This document shows positions 55,544-64,000 of a stretch of DNA of 64,000 nt, piece by piece; within the stretch, counting starts at the first letter, position 1, and every line of letters starts with the position of its first letter. Source of the stretch: Solirubrobacteraceae bacterium (GTDB lineage Bacteria > Actinomycetota > Thermoleophilia > Solirubrobacterales > Solirubrobacteraceae); contig DASSGR010000195.1 of NCBI GenBank assembly GCA_035693425.1, positions 10,032 to 74,031 of the forward strand, given 5' to 3'. Both the position numbers and the translations under genes were made by a program. Below the pieces are notes generated by a model. That model made no database searches. It saw only the letters and a program-made list of their open reading frames with translations, and was not told where the DNA came from.

Positions 55544-56305
55544 CTACGCCCGTGCGACGAGGATCGAGGCGAGCGTCTCGCCGTCGCCGTCGACAATCCA
55601 CCGGCGCGACCCGTTGCGCACGATCCGCACCTCGCCGGGCTGGGCGGGAGTGCGGTATTCGATCTCGGCGTCGATCCGCTGCGGCTCGGGGCCGTCGAGC
55701 AGCTCCTCCTCGAGCGGCTGCCAGTAGGAAGCGTTGTTGACGTGGTCGGCGAGGTCGCATTCGGTCGCCCGAAAGCTCCAGTCGAACCCGTCGGCCGCGG
55801 CCGCGGTCACGTCGTCGGGTTGCGGATGCCGCAACCGCGCCGTCACCCGCCGCCCGGCGGCGCTGACGCCGTACGTCGCGAGTTCCTCGTCGGTGAGCGG
55901 CGTCGGGCGCCAGCGCTCTGGATCCAGGTGGACCCACAGCGACACCGCCTCGACGCACGGCTCGGGCTCCCCCACGCGGGTGACCGTCGTGCGGCGCTCG
56001 GCCCACATCCGCCCGAAGCCGCTGCAGAACGTCGCGATGTGAAAGCGCTCGGCGAAACGCGGGAAGCGCTGCACGCTGATCCGCGTGCGCCGCACCACCC
56101 AGACCGCCACTTGGGCCAGGCCCGCGTCCGCGACGTCGGCATACGCGACGTCCTGGAGCCATCGCGCGATCGCGTCTAGCCGAACGCGGCCCGAAGGCGC
56201 CGAGTCCGAGAATCCCGGGTCGACCTCGCGGCTGAAGATCCGACCGCCCCGCGCGGGAGCGACGAGCTCGGTGAACCCGTCGACGTGCACGCGCGCGTCA
56301 GGCAA
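55544..56305 (-). CDS. Acyl-ACP thioesterase (FatA/B-like double hotdog)
   Basis: RLDAIARWLQDVA, VWVVRRT, DLADHVNNASYW. Confidence 0.87.
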   Translation of the reverse strand: MPDARVHVDGFTELVAPARGGRIFSREVDPGFSDSAPSGRVRLDAIARWLQDVAYADVADAGLAQVAVWVVRRTRISVQRFPRFAERFHIATFCSGFGRMWAERRTTVTRVGEPEPCVEAVSLWVHLDPERWRPTPLTDEELATYGVSAAGRRVTARLRHPQPDDVTAAAADGFDWSFRATECDLADHVNNASYWQPLEEELLDGPEPQRIDAEIEYRTPAQPGEVRIVRNGSRRWIVDGDGETLASILVARA

Positions 56306-56951
56306 ACAGCCGGGGGTCGGCGGTAGCGACGCCGTGAATCCCGAGCGCTCGCAGCCGGTCGATCGCGGGGCGCTCGTTCACGGTCCAGGCGTACAGCAGG
56401 CCGCGTCTGTCGAGCACCTCCTCGAGCAGTCCACGGTCGACGAGCCGGTGCTGCGCCATCAACGCGTCCCAGCGCCGGCTTTCCAGCCCGGCGAGCACCT
56501 GCTCGCGCCAGTCGTTCCAGCGGCGGCTGAACCGGGCGACCCGGCCGCCGATCGAGATGCCGACCCGCGCGCGAGGCTCGAACGCGCGCACCCGGTCGAG
56601 CACGGCCGTCACCTGCGAGGAGATCAGGGTCCGTCCGAGCAGACCGGCGTCGCGGAGGCCGTCGAGCAGAGCCTGCTCGCAGCCGACGTGCTTGACGTCG
56701 ACGTTGAGTCCAAGGTCGGCGAAGCGAGGCTGCGATAGGTACGCCAGCGCGTCCGCGAGCCGCACGTTGCCGCCACGGCGGGCGTGCAGCACGGTGTGCG
56801 CGAGCAGCAGCTCGCCATGCCAGGCCCGCACGTCGAACTCGACGACGTCGACGCCGACGTCGTGCGCGGCGTCAAATGACGCCAGCGTGTTGCCCGGAGC
56901 GAGCGCGCTCGCACCGCCGTGCCCGATGCGCTCAAATGCAGGCAATACCAC
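56298..56951 (-). CDS. Glycerophosphodiester phosphodiesterase
   Basis: IGHGGASALAPGNTLASF, VEFDV, NVDVK, AWTVN, GVATADP; GTG 56951 with GAGGGA. Confidence 0.85.
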   Translation of the reverse strand: MVLPAFERIGHGGASALAPGNTLASFDAAHDVGVDVVEFDVRAWHGELLLAHTVLHARRGGNVRLADALAYLSQPRFADLGLNVDVKHVGCEQALLDGLRDAGLLGRTLISSQVTAVLDRVRAFEPRARVGISIGGRVARFSRRWNDWREQVLAGLESRRWDALMAQHRLVDRGLLEEVLDRRGLLYAWTVNERPAIDRLRALGIHGVATADPRLFA

Positions 56952-57057
56952 GAGTGGTCCCTCACGTAAGTGCGGTCGCACCGAGCGCTGCCAGGGGCGC
57001 CTCGAATGCGAGCGTATTTGCGTGAGGGGCCACTAAGACGATGCTACCGGGCAGCAG

Positions 57058-58191
57058 CTACCGGGTAGCAGCGACCACCCCCGCCGAAGCGCACGTCACA
57101 AGCGCCAGCTGCAGATCTTCCGGGTCGATGCCGCGCAGGGCCGGATGCTCGAGGTCGACCTGGACCTGCGCGTGGTCGGCAGGATCCTCGGGCAGCCCGA
57201 CGCTGCGGTAGCCGGTCCGGCATAGCTCCCGCCACAGGTCGCCGGTCGCCGCGAGCAGCCCGGAGCGCAACTCGCGCTCTCGCCGCGACAGGGTCTCGAG
57301 CTCGCGCGCCTCCTCGAATGGATCGATGCGCACCTGCGAGTCGCTGCCGATCGCGATCGGCACGCCGGCGGCGGCGTAGGTCATCGCGGGAAACACCCCG
57401 TCTCCGAGGTTGCCCTCGGTCAACGGGCACGAGACCACCGTAGTCCCCGACTCCGCCATCAGCCGCACGTCTTGCGCCGACACGTGGATTCCGTGAATCA
57501 CGCTCGCACGCGGTGCCAGAAAGCCGGTCTGATCGAGCAGCTCGATCGGCGAACAGCCGTGCTCGGCGCGGCACTCGTCGAGCTCGCGTCGCTGCTCGTG
57601 AGCATGCACGTGGCGCACGATCCCGTGGCGCTCGGAGTACTCGGCGATCGCTTCGAGCCAGCCACGCGGGACGGCGCGAACGCTGTGCGCCGCGACACCC
57701 ACGGAGACTCCATCGACGCCAGCAGCCCAGACCCGCAGCCCCTCGACGCGCTCAAGGAACGTCTCCACGTCGGGATCACAGAAGCGCCGCTGACCGGGAA
57801 GCGGCGGCAGGTCCTCGCCGTCCCAGCCCGCACGGTGGTACGCGGCGGGGAGCATCACGAGCTCCAGGCCCGCGGCGAGCCCCGCCTCCGCGACCGCCAG
57901 CGCCATCGCATTCACCTCGTCGTACGGAGTCCCGTCCGGCTGGTGGTGGACGTAGTGAAACTCCCCCACCGCGCCGTACCCCGCCCCCACTATCTCGCGA
58001 TACGTCGACTCGGCGGCGGCACGCATCGAGTCGGGGTCGAGCTCGCCGGCCAGCCGGTACATCTCGGTGCGCCAGGACCAGAAGTCGTCGCGATCGGGAG
58101 CCAGCCGCTCGGCACGTCCGCGCAGTCCCCGCTGGAACGCGTGCGAGTGGGCGTTGGGCATGGCGGCGACGCTGGCGCGCTGCGCCGTCAA
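57058..58191 (-). CDS. hutF: Formimidoylglutamate deiminase (N-terminally short)
   Basis: MPNAHSHAFQRGLRG, GEFHYVHH, HSVRAV, HAHEQ, CPLTEGNLGDG, GSDSQ. Confidence 0.88.
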   Translation of the reverse strand: MTAQRASVAAMPNAHSHAFQRGLRGRAERLAPDRDDFWSWRTEMYRLAGELDPDSMRAAAESTYREIVGAGYGAVGEFHYVHHQPDGTPYDEVNAMALAVAEAGLAAGLELVMLPAAYHRAGWDGEDLPPLPGQRRFCDPDVETFLERVEGLRVWAAGVDGVSVGVAAHSVRAVPRGWLEAIAEYSERHGIVRHVHAHEQRRELDECRAEHGCSPIELLDQTGFLAPRASVIHGIHVSAQDVRLMAESGTTVVSCPLTEGNLGDGVFPAMTYAAAGVPIAIGSDSQVRIDPFEEARELETLSRRERELRSGLLAATGDLWRELCRTGYRSVGLPEDPADHAQVQVDLEHPALRGIDPEDLQLALVTCASAGVVAATR

Positions 58192-59381
58192 CCGATCACC
58201 TCGATGTCGTCGATCGCGATCGCGACCACGCGCGCGGCGACGGCGGCGTCCTCGAGGCTGACGTGCTCCTGCGGGGAGTGGCTGACGCCCGTGGTGTTGC
58301 GAACCAGCACCATCGACGTAGGCAGCGTGTCGGCCAGCACGCCCGCATCGTGGCCGGCGAAGCACACGACCTGGGGCGCGCGGCCGGCAAGCAGCGCCTC
58401 GCCGGCCAGCGACAGGCGAGAGCGCAGGTCCTCGGAGAACGGCGTCGCATCGGAGTGCGACGCGATCCCAATCGTCAGTTCCACTCCCGAGCGTTCGGCG
58501 CGCTCGCGCGCGATCCGCGCGAACTCCGCCAGCCAGCGCTCGATCTCGCCGCCATCCAAAGCCCGCACGTCGACCCACATCTTCACGAGCGCGGGGATCG
58601 TGGTCGGGGCATTCGGCTCGATCAGCAGCCGCGACGTCGTCACGGTCACGCCGCGTGCGAGGTCCTCGGCCGCGACGATCAGCCTCGCCGCAGTGGCCAG
58701 CGCGTCCCGGCGCTCGTCCGGCGGCGTGGTGCCGGAGTGATCCGCGCGACCGCGAAGCTCGACCTCGAGACGGACGCGGGCCGCGAGCGCGCTGACGATC
58801 CCGACGGCGGTGCCGGCACGGGCCACGTCGGTGCTCTGGTCGATGTGGATCTCGAACAGGCCCGACAGCCGCGAGCGCCAGGCCGCCGCGTCGACCACGC
58901 CCCCAGGGTCGATACCCGCGCCGCGCATGGCATCGGCGACCGAGACCCCGTGGTCGTCGCGACGCGACAGGATCGCGGTCACGTCGAGCTTTCCGGCCAG
59001 CGCCTTGCTTCCGAACGTCGGCGTGTTGAAGCGCGCGCCTTCCTCGTCTGCGAACGAGATCACGGCGATCGGATGCGGCGAGGACGCGGCGATCTCAAAC
59101 CCGCACGCGACCCCTAGCGGCCCGTCGTAGCGACCGCCGCCGCGGACGCTGTCCAGATGCGAGCCGACTCCCCACCAGGGCGGCTCCGCCTCCGGACACG
59201 CCCACAGGTTCCCGGCCGGATCGCGCGCTACGCGCAACCCGGTCCGGACCGCCTGATCCTCGAACCAGGCCCTGCAGGCCGAGTCCTCCTCGGTCCACGC
59301 CAGCCGCGTCACGCCGTGCTGGCCGGTGCCGACCCCGTCCAGGCGCGCCAGGCGCGCGGCGATCCCCTGGGAGGTGATCAT
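58188..59381 (-). CDS. M20 Zn-dependent amidohydrolase (allantoate/N-carbamoyl amidohydrolase-like), probable N-formylglutamate hydrolase of this hut operon
   Basis: GSHLDSV..GGRYDG, DEEGARF, HSGTTP, AGHDA, SHSPQE; sits between hutI and hutF. Confidence 0.8.
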   Translation of the reverse strand: MITSQGIAARLARLDGVGTGQHGVTRLAWTEEDSACRAWFEDQAVRTGLRVARDPAGNLWACPEAEPPWWGVGSHLDSVRGGGRYDGPLGVACGFEIAASSPHPIAVISFADEEGARFNTPTFGSKALAGKLDVTAILSRRDDHGVSVADAMRGAGIDPGGVVDAAAWRSRLSGLFEIHIDQSTDVARAGTAVGIVSALAARVRLEVELRGRADHSGTTPPDERRDALATAARLIVAAEDLARGVTVTTSRLLIEPNAPTTIPALVKMWVDVRALDGGEIERWLAEFARIARERAERSGVELTIGIASHSDATPFSEDLRSRLSLAGEALLAGRAPQVVCFAGHDAGVLADTLPTSMVLVRNTTGVSHSPQEHVSLEDAAVAARVVAIAIDDIEVIG

Positions 59382-60612
59382 CGGACGCTCCGCACGAAAT
59401 CCGGCCGCACGTAGGCGAGCGAGCCGCCGACGATCACGACCGCCACGGGGTTTCGGCCGAGCTGGTAGGCGATGCGCTCGATCGGTCCGTCGAGCACGAC
59501 GACGTCGGCGCGCTTGCCGACCTCGAGCGATCCGGTCGTGTCGGACATCCGCAGCACCCAGGCGGCGTTCAAGGTGCAGGCCAGCAACGCCTCCAGCGAG
59601 GACCAGCGATACCGGCGGACCGCCAGCCCGATCACCAGCGGCAGCGACAGGACCGGGGAGGTGCCGGGGTTGAGGTCGGTACCGAGCACGCAGATCGCCC
59701 CGGCGTCGGCCAGCGCCCGCCCCGGGGCCAGGCGCTCGTCGCCGAGGAATTCGGCGCCGGGCAAGAGCACAGCGGCGGTCTCTGACCGGGCAAGCTCGGG
59801 CACTCCGTCGTCGGGCAGGCAGGCCAGGTGGTCGACCGAGCGCGCGCCCATCTCGATCGCGACCGGAACCGAACCGTTCCAGTTGAACTGCTCGACGTGT
59901 GCGCGCAGATCGAGCCCGTGCTCGGCGGCGAGCTCACCCATCCGGCGCAGGTCCTCGTTTCGGAAAGCCACGCTCTCCACGTAGATGTCAAGCGCACTGA
60001 CGTCACCGGCCGCCAGCACGTCAGGCAGCATCTCGGCGACCGAGCTCATCCACGAACCCGGGTCATATTCCTCGGGCACCGCGTGCGCGAGCAGCGCGGT
60101 CGATCGGGTCCGCTGCGTGACGCGCTCAGCTAACTCGGCCGCGAGCGCGACCGAGCGCACCTCGCCCTCGGGCGACAGGCCGTAGCCGCTCTTGCACTCG
60201 AACGTGGTGGTGCCGTGCGCGAGCATCTCGCGCGCCAGCCCCTGCGCCTGTGACAGCACCTGTTCGTCGCTGGCCTGCGCAAGCGATCGCGCTGACGAGC
60301 GGATCCCGCCGCCGGCGCGCGCGATCGTCTCATACGACTCGCCCGCGATCTTGAGCTCGTATTCGCGCTCGCGCCAGCCGGCGAACGGAAGGTGCGTATG
60401 GCAGTCGACGAAGCCCGGGATCACGGCGCATCCGGTCGCGTCGATCCGGACGTCGGCGGCCCCGGACTCCTCGAACCCCGCGATCGTCTCGCCTTCGATC
60501 CGAAGCGACCCGGGACCCGCCAGCTGCTCGTCGGCACAGTCGTGCCGGAGGTACTCGAGCCCATCGTTCTGGGGGCGCAGGACCTGCGCCGCGCCGTTGA
60601 TCGCGATCGTGC

Positions 60613-60616
<4 letters not shown>
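59378..60616 (-). CDS. hutI: Imidazolonepropionase
   Basis: [40 protein letters not shown]. Confidence 0.92.
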
Positions 60617-62249
<1,633 letters not shown>

Positions 62250-62253
<4 letters not shown>

Positions 62254-63215
62254 GGCTTGCCGAACCCCTGCTCGCGCAACCACCCGACCGTTCGCTCGAG
62301 CCCCACCTGCAGCCCGACCTGCGGCTCCCACCCCAGCACCTTCCGTGCTTTCTCGATCGAATAGGTCCCTCGTCGCAGCAGATAGCGCGCCGACGCCGGG
62401 TTGACCTCGTTGTCTCCCGGCTGCAGCCGCGCGACCCGCTGCACCACGGCCGCGGCCCCGAGCGCGACGCGGGTGGGCAGCAGCACCAGCCGTCGCCCGA
62501 CCAGCTCGGCGTACGGGGCGAAGAACTCGCGGTACGGCACGCCGATCCCGTCAGACAGCGTGAACACCTGGCCGGCGGCGTCCGTCGACATGCCCGCGAG
62601 CACCACGCCGTCGACCAGATTGTCGATGTACACGGGCGAGTGGATCCCGCGGCCCCAGCCGGGCAGCATGAACCGACGCTGGCGCATCAGCTCGGCCGGG
62701 ACGATCGCCCAGGCGCGCGAGCGCGGGCCGTAGACGTCGCCCGGGCGTACCACGGTGCACTCCACCTTCCCGTCGAGGTGCGCCTGCAGGACCACCTGCT
62801 CAGAGGCGATCTTCGAATCCGGGTACGGGATGAACGAGTTGTGCACCGGGTAGCCCTCGTCGACCCCGTCGGGGAATTCGAGCCCGAACACCGTGACCGA
62901 GGAGAAATGCACGAACCGCCGCGCGCCGGCGCGACGCGCCGCCTCGATCGCATTCGACGTACCGAGCACGTTGGAGCGCCACATCGCGTCGCGGCGCTCG
63001 AGGCGCAGCGTGACCGCGGCGGCGGTGTGAATCACCACCTCGCTGCCGGCCGCAAACTCCTGCCATGACCCCGGCACGGCCACGTCTCCGGCCACCACGT
63101 GCCGCTCCGGGTCGCCGACCAGGTCACAACCGCGCACCTCGTGACCGTCGGCCGCGTAGCGCTCGCAGAGCGCCCGGCCGATGAACCCGGATGCCCCGGT
63201 GATGAACACGCGCAT
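62250..63215 (-). CDS. NAD-dependent epimerase/dehydratase (3-beta-HSD-like extended SDR)
   Basis: [25 protein letters not shown]; ATGA overlap with hutU. Confidence 0.88.
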
Positions 63216-63233
63216 GCGCGCAGAATCTATGCC

Positions 63234-64000
63234 CTACGCGGGTACGACGTCGTGAATCCGGCCCCGCGCCTCGATCAGCCGCCCGCCGACGCGGCCGTGG
63301 CGCAGGGCGACGATCTCCGACATGATCGAAAGCGCGGTCTCGGCCGCCGTCAGCGCGCCGAGGTCGAGCCCGATCGGGGCCGCCACACGGTCCAGGAGGT
63401 TGGCGTCCAGGCCGGCGGCCAGCAACCGCTCGCGCCGTCGCGCCTGCGCCCTGCGGCTGCCCATCGCGCCGATGTAGAAGGCCTCGGAGTCCAGCGCGGC
63501 ACGCAGCGCCGCGTCGTCGAGCTTGGGATCGTGCGTCAGTACCGCGATCGCCGTCGCCGGGTCGATCGGGTCGAGCTGGGCGAAGCCCTCGTCCGGCCAC
63601 GCGACGATCACGCGCTCGGCGGCCGGGAACCGCGCGGTGGTCGCAAACCGCGCCCGCGGGTCGATCACGAACGGGCGCCAGCCGGCGATCTTGGCGACTT
63701 CGCAAAGCTGCGCGGCGAAGTCCACGGCGCCGACGACGAACAGGCGCGGCGGCGGCGCCACGACGTCGACGAACAGCTTCGACTCGCCGACCTCGTGCAG
63801 CTCCGAGCGCTCGGTCCACAACGCCTCGCGCGCGAGTCCGACGGCGGCCGAATCGAGGCCGGAATCGCCCAGCGTGCCCTCGGGCTCGCCGTCAGGCAGC
63901 ACCAGCATGCGCGCCCCGGTCGCCCGCGCGTCCTGCACGACGGTCACAAGCGCCGCCCGGGCGCCACTCTGCGCAAGCTCGGTGAAGCGCGCCTGCGCCT
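63234..64000 (-). CDS. XdhC/CoxF family molybdenum-hydroxylase maturation protein (5' end outside the window)
   Basis: LFVVGAVDFA, VLTHDPKLD, YIGAMGSRR, APIGLDLGA.TAAETALSI; frame stays open to the window edge. Confidence 0.88.
   Translation of the reverse strand, partial: AQARFTELAQSGARAALVTVVQDARATGARMLVLPDGEPEGTLGDSGLDSAAVGLAREALWTERSELHEVGESKLFVDVVAPPPRLFVVGAVDFAAQLCEVAKIAGWRPFVIDPRARFATTARFPAAERVIVAWPDEGFAQLDPIDPATAIAVLTHDPKLDDAALRAALDSEAFYIGAMGSRRAQARRRERLLAAGLDANLLDRVAAPIGLDLGALTAAETALSIMSEIVALRHGRVGGRLIEARGRIHDVVPA

Noticed and set aside
57042-57071. Tandem GCTACCGGG(C/T)AGCA repeat
   Set aside because: Only two copies, spanning the hutF stop. Not a CRISPR array or a functional repeat I can support.

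Overview
A 64 kb window of very GC-rich, densely coding bacterial chromosome. Gene content and style suggest a soil actinobacterium, most likely Thermoleophilia/Solirubrobacterales (inference, no database search). I see no rRNA, tRNA, CRISPR array, transposase or integrase. Most of the window is metabolic and regulatory 'accessory housekeeping': CorA, an ABC exporter, a TetR/desaturase/reductase unit, a GGDEF-EAL protein, a P450 with a class III ADH, a DyP peroxidase operon, FabH with a thioester reductase, an SOS-boxed UvrD-like helicase, an Xre/RES toxin-antitoxin pair and a hut operon. The centre (about 24.2-41.2 kb) holds the most interesting locus, a methylamine/N-methylglutamate-type cluster: GlnT/GmaS, GlxB/C/D (MgsABC), a coupled ferredoxin and hydrolase, an APC permease with a USP, and a GAF-PucR regulator. 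Two cNMP-CBS-DUF294 nucleotidyltransferase paralogs sit inside it, one with an intact DxD motif and one degenerate, and the degenerate copy is coupled to a DEDDh exonuclease. This looks like a candidate writer / pseudo-enzyme / eraser nucleotidylation switch for C1-amine metabolism. Start codons were adjusted by eye where the ORF track was clearly over-extended. All functions are motif-based assignments, not search results.
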